From Eledone cirrhosa (taxonomy: Eukaryota), in contig OZ024740.1 in NCBI GenBank assembly GCA_964016885.1, positions 101,122,001 through 101,186,000 on the forward strand: a stretch of 64,000 bases of DNA. Direction: 5' to 3'. Shown here in pieces: positions 38,311 through 51,600 of this stretch; within the stretch, counting starts at the first letter, position 1; each line of letters opens with the position of its first letter. A program made the translations under genes and the position numbers. The notes under the pieces were generated by a model. It did no database searches, was not told the origin of the DNA, and saw only the letters and a program-made list of their open reading frames with translations.

Positions 38311-39664
38311 CAGTTGCACAGCCAACACAGTCATCATCATCACTAGTATTATTAGTGTGACTATGACCATCGATAAAAGTTACAACAAACTACCAAAGGA
38401 ACATTTACATAAGCCAACAAGAAGTCATTTGCATTATTGTTTGACTTTCTAGAAATTACGACAAATATACTCCAAAATACATCCCACAGTATCAATTATC
38501 AATGTCCTATACCACATGAAATCGCATTATGAAGACGTTATTAAAAATTACAAAATAGCACTATGACTACACCACTTTAAAGATGTAAGTCTTTAGTTTA
38601 GTTTACTGCAAATGTTCACAATGACCTGTCCACTAGATACTAAGCACAGTTTATTCACAAATTTGCTTTGAACATTTTTCAGCTAAATCATTACAGAATG
38701 TTAAGAGGGAAAGCAGAAAGAATTTGGTGTATAGTATAGATAACTAAAAAGATGAGATGGTCATAGCTGGAATTCTTTTAATCAAAGCCTGCCTTATCAC
38801 AATTGATCTGTGGCTAAAAGCACTAACAACAACACCCCAAATAACAAAATGCTTCTTTCTTTATTTTACTTTTCATCACTTCAGAATCAAGTCTAGTGGT
38901 GGGGGGATTGTTAGAGCATTAAACGAGATGTCTTGCATTGTCTGTTCTGGTCCTTTTCACTCTTAGTTCAAACCTTATTGTTTCCACACCAGGGGTAGAT
39001 TCAATCAGCCACCCAGTTAAGCATGAGCACATAGCCCTTAGATGCCTTCAACAGAGTCCACCAGCTGCAAACATTTGGGCCAGGTCTTTAGTTTAAGAAT
39101 ACATTCCTCTCCTCTCTTCCTCTTATTAGCCTTGGAAGCCCTGAAAAGAGTCATGGGATTTGTCCTGAAATCCTTGACTAAACAGCAAAATAAATTAATA
39201 AAAAGCTGTTATATAAATTGTTTTTAAACCTTTCAGGATTTTATGGAGATATGAATGGAGTAATATGGCACATCACATATCTTGGATGACAATTTACATT
39301 TAGTATTCTTCCACATGGATTTTAGGGGACTAAAGTATGTCATTTAGTAGTCCATTCTGCACTTACTAATGAAAGAATACATTTTGTTGCAATTAGTCTT
39401 AGATTATTTCATAAATTTATTGGATTATTTATTTCATTTATTTCTTTGTTAAATGAAGGCATGTAGCCTAGTGGTTATGACACTTGTCTTGCAAGTGTAG
39501 GTAGGGGTTTGATCTCCAGACCAAATACACCTTCGTTTAATATTTAAGTCTGCTAGATGGGGATAAACTTGGAAGTAAACAATATAAAGTACCTTACAAG
39601 GACAGATAAAGATCTTTAAGAGTCCTAAGCACTGAAAAGATTATTATTATTATATACCTCTCTA

Positions 39665-40093
39665 GGGCAGCAGATTGGCAGTATTGGTAAAGGATCGGAT
39701 GCCATACTTTGCAGCATAGAGTTACAGCCCTTTATGATCTGAGTTCAAATCCCACCGAGGTAAAATTTGCCTTTCATCCTTATGGGATCAATAAAATAAA
39801 GTACCAGTCATGCACTGGAGTCGGTTTAATCAACTTCCCCTCCCCCCAAATTGCTGGCCTTGTGCCTATATAAGAAACCATTATTATATACCTCTCTAGG
39901 GCGGCAGATTTGCAGTATTGGTAGAGGATCGGATGCCATGCTTTGCAGCATAGAGTTACGGCCCACTATGATCTGAGTTCAAATCCCACAAGGTTAACTT
40001 TGCCTTTCATCATTTCAAAGTCACGCACTGTGGTGGATTTAATCAACTTTCCCCTTCTTCAAAATTGCTGACATTGTGCCTATATAAGAAACC
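39665..40093 (+). mobile_element. Two Meta/MESC-type SINEs with a triplicated 19-bp target sequence
   Basis: attattatatacctctcta at 39646-39664, 39880-39898 and (2 mismatches) 40094-40112. Confidence 0.9.
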
Positions 40094-41077
40094 ATTATTA
40101 TGTACCTCCCTATGAATGTAATTTAGTAGATGGAAACTACAGAAGTTTGTTGTGTGTGCATGTATATACATAATGCTGGTGACATAATAGAAATACAACC
40201 AGTCAACTTTGTAAGATGGTAGTTGTGGTGCTTCAGTAAAAGGCTCCAAGTATATGCTATAAAGTGGTTGGCATTATGAGAGCATCCAACGATAAAAGCC
40301 AAGTAAAAAATGGAACAAATGAGCAGCCAGTTAAACATATGCAAGCATGCAAAATAGATATTTGATGGTATGATGATGTACTGGAAAAAATATCTGTGGG
40401 GCTGTTTTTTAACTGAGGCCCTAAGCATATGAATATTTTGTTTAATGGTTAATCCAGGGTTACATCTAGATTTCTCATGATTCCTGTCAATGCAGAAAAC
40501 AATTATATTTTCATGAAGTGATAAATGATATCACCCTGCCACACCAAATAGAATATATATATATGTATATATTCTATGAGGTTTTGTTTCATAGATCAAA
40601 TCTATGGCATCAGCTTATTATCATTTAATCAATCAGTCCACCTTATGACATAATGATTATCATTTGTCCAGTCCCAGACATTATTTTACTGATTCAGGTT
40701 TGTTTTAACCACTACAACCACCACTACTACCATCGCCACTGCCATAACAACAACCACCTCAATGATCACAAAGTAGAAATAAAGAAAATATTGAAAAAGT
40801 AAAAAAGTAATAAATACATGATTTAACAATGCATTCTACCACTGTTCTATAATGTTAAATCAACTTAATTATATATTTAAAATAAAACCAAAAACACAAA
40901 GTAAAAATATAGCAAGAAAAGCAATGTTTTTACTATCATTGATATTTCAGATCACTATCCATAATTGATTAATTAAAGAATTTCTAATGGTTGTACAAAT
41001 AGTTGTTTCAGTTGGAATTACTTCAGTAGAAGACAAAAGAAGTAGAAGAAACAAAACCAAAAATGGTCAATAATAAA

Positions 41078-41129
<52 letters not shown>

Positions 41130-41384
41130 GTAAAAAGAACAGTTAAGCACATTAAAAGTTGTTTTTTAGTCTGAGTCACAGAAGATATAAATCAAATGAC
41201 TTAAAATAATAATAATTGTTTCTACTTTTGGCACAAGGCCAGCAATTACTCAGTGTATTACTGGTACTTTATTTTATCAACCCCAAAAGGATGAAAAGCA
41301 AAGTTAACCTCGATGGATTTGAACTCAGAATGGCAAATGATTTAAAATAATAATAATATTATTCATAATCATAATAATATTAAT

Positions 41385-43760
41385 GATTTCTCTATTAGCC
41401 ACACAGGGCTTACATTAAGAGGACAATAAAGACAATCAATACAGAATGGTACAGAATGGGGTTTTATGGGGGTGGGGTTATAACAAAAACCTAAAAAAGT
41501 GGGGATACCTCTGAGGCTCACTCATAAAGAAAGCCCACCAAAGCCACAGTAGCCTTGACTGATGGGGAAAGTGCCCCTTCTCAGTTGCCCTCCTTCAATT
41601 TACAGGTGCTTACCCAGAGCAAGCCCATTCACTTGGACTAGGCTCACCTGTCTCAACCATATTTCAGCAAACTGGTTGTAAGGCAACATTTCCCTCTCCA
41701 CCCTGATTTTTCTCTTCAGGTGAAACCTGAAAAAGTTAATCAGAGCTTCACCAAAGAGGAAATTGCTTGTCTTCAAGTTTTTCAAATGCCTCCACCTTAT
41801 GACCTGTCCTCCCCCTCTAAAGGAAGATGGTGTGGCACTCTTCACAAGAGACTTAGATGATAATTGGATCCAACCCATTTGTGATAGCAGGTGTTCGACT
41901 TAAACCAGCAAATCAGCTATACTCAGACTCTCAACAAGTGCATATAAGATGGTTTAGTCCCCCTGTGTACATTTCAGACAGGCCCAGTTGACAGCACTTC
42001 TATGCCTGTAGAGTTTATCTCAAACTGGTAAATCTGTTCAGTAGCACTGCCAGGCCAGGGATTTCTGGAAGTTATCCATTGCCTCCGGACTAAAAGTCCT
42101 CTGGAAAACAGGGGCTAATTGATTTTCATCAATCCCCAGAGTCTCCATAAGAACAATGTCATTTTTACCTGCCATTAAACCTTTATAGAACACCAAGATG
42201 ATGTTTCTACCAATTACACTGTCCGATTGGCTCAGGGCTGTAAGTGTTTCAAGGCATTCCAGCTTCCAAGCACTCCCTCTCAGTCTTCACTTGACCCAGA
42301 ACTGCAGTTCTGTCAAGGAGTCGAGCTGTGGAAAACTTTATCTAAAATACTGCACCATACCTGCTCACCACAGGTAAAGTTGGAGATGACATATCCTAAG
42401 CACGTGTTTGCACATCATTAGCCACAGCAGGTGTTGCAGCAAATGGGTTGGCTGACTATATTAGCAGGCACCCCTTCCACAAAAAGCAAATGAGCAAATA
42501 CTCCAATACAGTCTGGTGTGAACCAGTTGGTAGTAGATGACAGACACAATGGATGCATTCACCACCCCTGCTCAACCATCCAGGGATAGCTTCCTCTCAG
42601 CTCATTTCTGGGTGAGAGAGGCAGCCCTGGTCATTACTTCATCCCAATGTTTTTCCATTTGGAGGTTTGGACCAAACCAGACCCCAAACAATTTAACTGG
42701 TTCATTCATCCAGCAAGTGGTGATGTTGTTGGATAGCATAGACTTGAATCTCCAATTGCTGAGCAGCAGGCTCACTCACTTTTCCTGGTTAATTGTTGCT
42801 CCTTTATCAATTAATATTCCTCAAGAGTGGTGCCAATCAACTCAATATGTTTGCTGCTCAACATTACTATGGTGATGTTATTGGCATATGCTGACACAGA
42901 TCTTCCACATCCTAGCTCATGTGGGATGCCTCTCAACATCTCCTATTTGTGTAGGAGTGGCTCAAGAGTCAAACGTACAATAGAGACAAGAGAGGACAAA
43001 CTTGGAAAACTGAGCACATGATGTTGACCGATTCCAAGAAGTAGCTATTCATACTAACCACTGAACAGATATCGCTGTGCATTGCAGCAATCTATCCTCT
43101 CAATACAGGCCTGAAGCCAGGCTGCCTGGAGGACTGCCACCAGGTACCGATGGTCAAGCTTTTGATTGATCTAAGTTGACCAAAGCCCCACAGAGCTCAC
43201 AGAACTGGGAATTCTCCTATTCTGCTGCCAGTTGGCATAGACCTCTACTATGATGTCACCAAATAATTCTGACATGTTTACATAAAGCTCGTAAAACAGA
43301 CCATCCAATACAGGCGATTTGACTCTTGTGCAGTTAGTCATCATATCCCATATTTCATTGGCTTTTTGCAACACTCTGCCTTCGACACTGAGAGTCATGG
43401 CAGGCCATTGAAGTAGGCATTGAAATCCATCACTTCATCTGGCTCATCACTGTTCCTGAATAATTACATGATGTGCCATGGAAAAATTGCACACATCTGC
43501 TTGGAAATAAGTACCATGCCCCTGTTGTGATTCACCAAAGACAAAATTATGGCTTTGTTGCCATACCATACCTCTACCACAGAAGCCAACAAAAATGGCT
43601 TTTACTCCTCATACCTAAAACCAAGTGCCTTAGCTTTGTCAATGCAGCCTTCATGAAGAATTTGTTATGTGCCAATCATGCTGCAAGCACATCGGCTATG
43701 ATGCATTTCCTAATGGCCTCTTCTATCTTTCTAACTAGTTCTCCTACCTGTACTTCAAAT
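41385..43760 (-). mobile_element. Degraded, 5'-truncated Tx1-like LINE
   Basis: ALINFFRFHLKRKIRVERE, VKLFGVWFGPN, KSP.LDGL.YELY...WQQN; 3' end homologous to 26399-26670, abutting (AAT)n. Confidence 0.9.
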
Positions 43761-43879
43761 TAATCACTGCCAAATCTGGCCTTGCTGGTTGCATCACTAT
43801 TCATGGCTTCTAATAACCATCCATCATAATTTTATATAAGAACCTTTGTTTTGTTTGTTATGTTCCAAACATCAGTGTA

Positions 43880-44172
43880 GTAATGAGAAAGTTAGGTATA
43901 TTATTAAATCCATCAAAATTCTCGATTATTTTCAAAATGATTTGAAAATAATAGGCATTGTCTTTCATTAAACATATGATAATAAAATGATTAAAGTATT
44001 TATCCAATTTTGCACCCACAATTTTGCACTGCTTGTATGGTTTTATAGTATAAGTTTAATAATGAGAAAGCTGGTTATATTACTAAATCCATCAAAATTC
44101 TTCATTATTTTCAAAATGATTTGAAAATTACAGGGAGTATTTTTCATTATAAATATTGTAATGCAAAGGTTC
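43880..44172. repeat. Two diverged direct copies (~110 bp) of a probable MITE end
   Basis: aatgagaaag..ggt.atatta.taaatccatcaaaattct...ttattttcaaaatgatttgaaaat at ~43882 and ~44061. Confidence 0.65.
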
Positions 44173-45232
44173 AGTGCTACATATTACAGATTTCCAATCA
44201 TACTGGGTGCAACTTTGTATTTTATACTGTCAGAAAGAACAACAAAAACTAAAAACTAAAAAATTCATATAACAGCAATATTGATTCTGTCATTTATTTA
44301 TAGACTGTTCTCTTACCTATAGAAGGAACAAACATTAAAACATCAAATTTTGGTATTTCTTCAATTATAGTGTTACTGGTGGTATGTTTTTCTTTATAAC
44401 AGGTAAATAACTAAGTGCATATCGCATTAGCTACCGGTTTATACGTCTTAATATCAAGTCCAATGTAGACGTTTCATTGCAAATTCAGGAAGTCCACTTA
44501 ATTTTAGTTGTTTACCAAGCTCTTAGTTATTGGGAGCAGCTTATTTTGTAATCTTAACTTTTTTTTTTGTTGACATAGTTAACATTTCTCTTGAACAGTT
44601 GCAAGTCAACACCCCGAGAAAAGAATTGCTGGGAGGAAATTCCATTGAGCCAACATTCTGAGGGAAGAAAGATTAGGTTAGTGATTAGAGTGGGGCCTGA
44701 TGGGGATAAACTGTGGCACTGATAGGCATGAGACAGATTTTAATGGATCATAAAAAGGAAACTATTAACACTGTTATTTAGCTTCAGTTATATGGTATTA
44801 TATGGAAGAAAGACAAATCTCTCTGCTTCAGCTCCCAACATTCTTTCTGGCAGTATATAACACAACGTTGTTCCCAATGATAAAAGAGGGAGAGGCAATT
44901 GAGCTAGGAGTGTGTAAGAGAAAGTAATGCAAAGCTAGCCAGCTTGCTCTGGAGAGCAGAAGACACATTAATAATTGTTGAAAATGGGAGAAAAGAAATA
45001 GCCTATTGGTGATCCAGTGGCTGGAGTGTGTAACTTCAGTCAGTGACTTTTCTTTATACACAATCTAGGATTTTTACCTATGTGTGCTTATGTAACAGTA
45101 GTACTGTCCAAGTTACAATAGCATTTTGAATCGCATCTGAGCTTTGTTGAAGTATTTTCAGTATCTGAAGCAGAGTGATTTGTCTATCATTGACATAATA
45201 CCTTATAACCAATGCTAAATAACAGTATTTAA

Positions 45233-45452
45233 CCCTTTAGCATTTACATTACTTTATATTTACTATTATATTTTCACGGTAAAGGCTTTATTTCACATAA
45301 TTATCTCACATAATATCGAATCTATGAGATTTTGATATTTTTTATTTTGAGAACAATACCTTAACATCAGTATGAGTGGCTAGTTACAACTGGTCTGAAC
45401 AGAAGAGGTAAGAGAATTCTGGCCAGATATGGCCAGTTTAAATGCAAAAGGG
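45233..45452. mobile_element. piggyBac-type MITE
   Basis: TTAA|CCCTTTAGCATTTA ... TAAATGCAAAAGGG|TTAA: 14-bp TIR with 1 mismatch and TTAA TSD. Confidence 0.8.
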
Positions 45453-45686
45453 TTAAAAGTTTCTATTTGATAATAATTTCCTTTTTATAATCCATTAAAA
45501 TCTGTTTCATGCCCAGGAGCTCTTCAGGCCAAAGCTTATCTTAGTTTCAGAAATCACTAAATGACTGAGAATACAAGATTCTCTCCTAGATGAGACACCA
45601 ACCCATTGCAGGGTTGACTCTAAACTGCTGCTGCTACTCATTTTTTTCAGCTATGTAGACTTGAGTAGCATGAAAAAATTATTCTG

Positions 45687-48600
45687 ATCGTTAACCTTCC
45701 CATTCCTCCCAACCCCACACACACGCCTCCACACGCCACCATTACTATTTGATCCAATCATAATTCAGCGGCTTATAATATGTTTCCCTCTCCAATCTCT
45801 TTCACAAAACCACCGCCTCGGCTAGTAGTCCTTCCTCGATATGCTAGATGAACTACGGGATTTGGAGTCTGAAGAATGTGAACACTCAATGTCAAAGATG
45901 AAGATAAATTCACCTCATGTTGCCAGACGAGAATGCAAAGACTCCTCATTATTTCAGACACGGATGGCTAACATAACCCCGTCCCACTCACCTCTCCCTG
46001 CGCCTCCAATCCATCCCTTCCACCCACCCAACGAAATCCAAAACTTCAGAGTTGGTACCATGAATGTAGGCACTTTAAAAGGTTGCTCGAATGAGGTTGT
46101 AAAGATGCTTGGATGTAAGGAAGTTGATGTTTGTTGTGTTCAAGAGACTAGGTGGAGGGGTGGGTCTGCTAGATTCATTGTGGGTAAAAAACGATGCTAT
46201 AAACTTTTCTGGGTGGGAAATAACAATGGGCTGGGTGGAGTAGGAATCATGTTAGCAGAAAAATGGGTAGATAAGGTAATTGCCGTAAATAGAGTGAACG
46301 ACAGAATAAGTAAAATAAGATTTGTCCTAAACAGAACTACTGTGACAATAATATCTGCTTATGCACCCCAATCTGGACTACCTGTCATTATAAAAGACAG
46401 ATTCTATGAGTCGCTAATGCTCACTACCTCCCAAATAACCGACAGTGACTACATAATTATTGCTGGCGACCTAAACAGTCATGTTGGACAACATTGTGAC
46501 GGCTATGACGGAATCCATGGAGGCTATGGGTTTGGTACTAGAAATGAGGAAGGCTTCAGAATCCTGTAATTCTGTGATGCTATGCCAAAAACCAATAAAC
46601 CGTGTCCTGTTGAAATGTTTCCCCACCCCACTCAACACCCCTACCAGAACTGAAATGGAGATTGAACAACCCGATCTCCAGGAAACGAAAAGGTAAGTGC
46701 ACCTTTTCGTCCTTTTTGCCAACTCTTCTCCACCAATATGGCTGACTTACAAGCTGGAAGCGTGAATGTGCGTGGCCTAGGGATGCCCTGGAAACATGGC
46801 CAACTTTTAAACGACTTTAGGTCACACGGTATAGATGAAATAGCCACCACTGAGTCCAGGATCCACAACAGGCAGCAACTAACCCCCATCTTCAATGACT
46901 TTGAGATCTACGCATCTCTCTGTCAGCCGGGAGGTGGAGAGGGAGTAACTGTCATGTTTCGGTAAAACCTGGATCTCGAAGTACAGCAAGTACACTTATA
47001 GCCGGAGGGTAGACTGGTGGTCCTAGACGTGAACAGTATTGGAGGTGGAGCCTTCAGACTGGTGGCCGTTTATGCCCCGCCCAGGCAATCTCAATCGCGG
47101 CCAGACTACTTTAAGCGTCTAGAATCTTTTCTGGAAACGTCTCGCTCCTTGCTTTTAGTGGGAGACTGGAATGGTATCCTAGATGCACGATGGAACTATG
47201 TGGGAGATGTCCCAGTAGAGTAGGGTGCAACAGCCTCAAAAATCTAATTGGCCAATTCCAACTGGACGATAGATATCGACTAGATTTCCCAACTACACCA
47301 CAGTGGACGTGGGCAAACCACAGCGGGACATCTAGATCGTATCTAGATAGGTTTCTCATTAAACAAAAGGACTAGAAGATGTTAAGCTGTCCACAAATGC
47401 ACCACATGGTTGCCTATTCAAACCACAAACTAGTCGTCTGCATAGTCAACCATGATAGAATACATAGACAAGGACCCGGATATTGGAAGCTGAACGTGTC
47501 GTTGTCGGCACGAAAAGCCTACAGTAAATGGATAAGTAGATTAGTTAAGCAAGAGTTGACGGGAGCCATTGTCAACAATAGATGGTGGTACTCTCTCAAG
47601 AGAGCAATTAGAGTAGAATCGATAGGGTTTAGCAGAGAATTAGCTTTAGAGAAAAACAAATCAGAAACAGAACTAGTAGCCAAAGTAGAACAGGCGCTTA
47701 GGAGTGGCAACGCAGCTAGAGTGCTAGCAACAAGAATGGCACTGGACCAGTTCTTCGACGCAAAATACGATGGCTGTGTGGTCAGAAGTAAATCACATGC
47801 TCTAGGAAATGAGGGAACAAAAGCTGTTACTTGGGCCCGAGTGGCGGAAGCGAAAAGTGGCAACAAGTCCACGATTCGGTCTTTGAAAGACCAAAACGGA
47901 CGCGTGCTACTTGACCCCAAGCAGATGTGCAAGGCCTTTCAGTGGCACTTTGCGCGACTGTTTGAGCAAAACGACGGTGCACCGAACGAGGCAATGGACT
48001 TTGGTTCATATCTCGACGGCCTGGCGCGTCTCTCGTGCATGGACACCGAGTTCTGTGAAAGACCGATCACAGCCACTGAGATATGGCAGCAGAACGGGAC
48101 AATTCCCAGTTCTGCAGGCAAGGGCATAGTAACGCTGATCAGGAAAGACGAGAACAAGGGGGACGAAATAAACAATTGCAGGCCCATAACTCTGCTCAAC
48201 ACAGAGTTAAAGATTTTGGCCAAGGTGCTAGCAATGAGGCTGGCGCTTGTCGTCGAAAACCTGGTAGGGAAAGCGCAAACGTGTGCAATCCCGAACAGGT
48301 CCATACACGACAACCTCCACCTCGTGCGATACATCATAGAGAGGGTGGGGTGTAAACCCGGCTTCGGTGGGGCTCTGATCAATTTAGATAAGTCTAAGGC
48401 ATTCGATAGGGTCGACCATCGAATCTTGGAAGCGGTTCTCAAGGCGGCCGGTTTCGGTCTCGTTTTCAGAGGCTGGATCAAGGCGATGCACACCAGAATC
48501 TTGTCAAAGGTCAAGGTGAACGGCTAGCTATCGGAACCGTTCGCAATCACATGTTCCATTCGACAGGGATTCCCTCTCTCCTCCATTCTGTACGTATTGA

Positions 48601-51600
48601 CTCTAGAACCACTACTGCGGAAGTTGGAGCTTTTGCAGGGCATCCCTTTAGAATGGGCACGGCGAGAAGCGACGTCGGCTTATGCCGACGACGTTACTGT
48701 AATGGTGTCAAAAACCTCGGAAATCGAGGTAATCGGCAACCTACTACGGGAATACGAAAAATTCACAGAAGCAAAACTGAACCCGGACAAGTCTGTCGGT
48801 TTGCAACTCGTAACGTGAAGAGGCAAACCGATGCCGTCCGACAGCGTCGTCGGACGCTGGACGGAAGGACCGGTGAAATTGCTCGGGGTTTGGTTCGGTC
48901 CAAACCTCCAGGTGGAGAAAAACTGGAATGAGGTCATGGCCAAGGTATTTGCGCTCACCCAGAAGTGGGCAGAGTGCAAACTGTCTTTGAAAGGTCGAGC
49001 GGAGGTGGTGAACACTTTCATAGCGTCCATCATCTACTACAGCTTGACTGTCATGCCTTGTCCCCGTGAATACCTTACCAAGATGGAACGCATACTCTTC
49101 CAGTTCCTGTGGAAGAAGCAGGCTCCACTTGTGAGGAGATCCGTCTGCTGTCAACACCCTTCCAATGGAGGGCTGGGCATGCCGTGGCTAATGATGCGCA
49201 AACATGCGCTGAGGCTACGGCATCTTCAGGCATTCCTCACCGACCAACTGGTGTGGGAATCGTTTGTGAGACATGACTCCCAAAACTTGTCTCGCTGACG
49301 GAGCTGCAGTCCTGGGTCAAGCGAAGACCGAAGAAGATGGGCGCCTGGCACATTGAATGCGCCCAGTCGCTCACAGTCCTCTGTCAAGCGGGCACAGCAA
49401 TCAGTGGAGACTCCACTTCGATATTCTATAGAGGGTTAGTACTTTACAAGTGCGACGACGTGCTCGGGGAGACTCGAGGCGTCGAAGACGACGAGCTCAC
49501 CAGTCTGTTTGGTAGGACTTTCCGCCCGGGACCTATGGACAACTTCCAGAGGTCCCTGGCCTGGCAGTGCTACTGAGGAGCTCTACCCGTTCGAGATAAG
49601 ATCTACAGGCACGGATGCCCCCGGCAGAGATCCTTCGAAGAGGACCTGTCCAAGATGCGAGCAGGACATTGAACCGTCTTCCACCCAATTGTACACTGCC
49701 CCGGCGTAAGTGACCTGTGGAACTATGCAGAACTGCTGTCACGTATGGGACAAATCCAGTTGACTGCTGAGTCCATAGTAAGGATCAAACTGCCAGCCTC
49801 TTTCAAAAACGAAAGAGAGGCGGTTTTCCTCTGTACAGTGGCTATAGTGAAAGAAGTTATATGTGGACGAGATTGAGAGGACTGAGGATAGATACCTTTC
49901 TTTCAACAATTGATTCTCTTCTTTAAGTATCACTTTAGAAGGAGAATCAGAGTGGAGAGAGAGGCACTGCACCCCAGTAAATTTACTGAAAGGTGGGTGA
50001 ATGAAGCGAAAATGGCCCGAGTGATTGGGCTTCTCTGTTTATAAGCCTGTAGGTTAAAGAAAAGAGCAAAAGGAAGAAGGGAGCACTTGCACAACACGCT
50101 CCTGAAGTTGAGGCTTGTTCTATTGACGGGGTAGTAAACAACCCATTTGTGGCGTCTCCCTCCTATTGGTGATTTTGATTGTTATAATTGTTTGTTTGCT
50201 ATATATTTTTTTTTACACGAGTGTATGTAAAATTCCCGGCATTGTCCCCTTTTCTTGTGCGCTCTTGTAGCAAATAAAGCAATATATCTGTAACACAAAC
50301 TTCAAAAAATGAGACAATCACTTGATCCCCTATAGATCAGGGGATCACGCCAGTCAGATAGATTATATCCTTACCAGAAGACGTGATAGAGTGTCTGTTG
50401 TAAACACTAAATCACTCTCCCATGAAGAATGCACCTCCCAACATAGCCTCATAGTTAGTGACCTCATAGTCAGGACTAGACATACTCAACAACAGAGGAG
50501 GACTACCCTGAGGAGAAGAATATGGAAGTTAAAGGACTCCACAGCCAGTAACAAATTTAAAAGCATATTACTTGATGCTTTTGACAGTAAGGAAGAGCAA
50601 TTAGAGACGTACAATATAGAGGAACAGTGAGAATTCCTGAAAGTTAACCTGCTGAAGGCAACAGATGAAATCTGTGGCTGGGGCAGACCTATAGACAGGA
50701 GGAGAGTAACTTGGTGGTAGAATAGTAAGGTGGAGGAGTCAATCAAGGCCAAAAAGCAGTCTTGGAAAGTATGGCGGGATGCGGAAAGTAGAGAACACTA
50801 TCAAGTGGCCAGGAGAGAAGCTAGGAGACAATTGTACTTCGCAAGACGGGAAGCAGACAAAAGAAAGGTCAAGCTTGTTCTACAATGCGAGGACCAAAAA
50901 CGTGAGTTGTTTAGGATTGCAAGACAATGTGTCAAGGAAAACCGTGATATTGTCAGGGAGAAGTGTGTCCGTAATGATGATGGTGTACTTGCCATCAATG
51001 ATGCTGATAAGAAGGTAGCTTGGAAATGTCACTACGAGAGGCTACTAAATGAGGAGAATAAATGGGAAAAAGACAGTCTGTCCCAAATTGATCCAATAGA
51101 GGGACGAGCAGTGCAAGTTGAAGGTAGTATAATAAAAATAATCAAAAATATGAAGACAGGAAAGGCAGCTGGGCTTTCGGAAATAGTTGCTGAAATGCTG
51201 AAAGCATCTGGAACAGTAGGACACACTATGGTCACCCGGATAGTAAACCAAATTATACAGAATGGGGTCGTACCAAAGGACTGGCGTAGCAGCATCATCA
51301 TTAACTGCTAGAAGAGTAAAGGAGATGCCCTAGATAGGGGAAACTATAGAGGCATTAAATTGATTGACCAGGTCATGAAGGTCACAGAAAGAGTTATAGC
51401 GCAACTAATCAGAGAGAGAATTGATCTAGATGAAATACAGTTTGGGTTTGTGTCAGGTAAAAGTACCACAGGCGCTTTTTTTCCTTGTACGACAACTGCA
51501 GGAGAAGTACCTAGCTAAAAGTAAACCCCTATACTTAGCTATTGTTGACTAGGAGAAAGCCTTTGACAGAGTCCCCCGCTCCATTATCTGGTGGGCTCTT

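Noticed and set aside
39237-39334. Exon-like segment (tttcag|GATTTT...AAA|gtatgt)
   Set aside because: All three frames contain stops; at best a non-coding exon, which cannot be supported from sequence alone.
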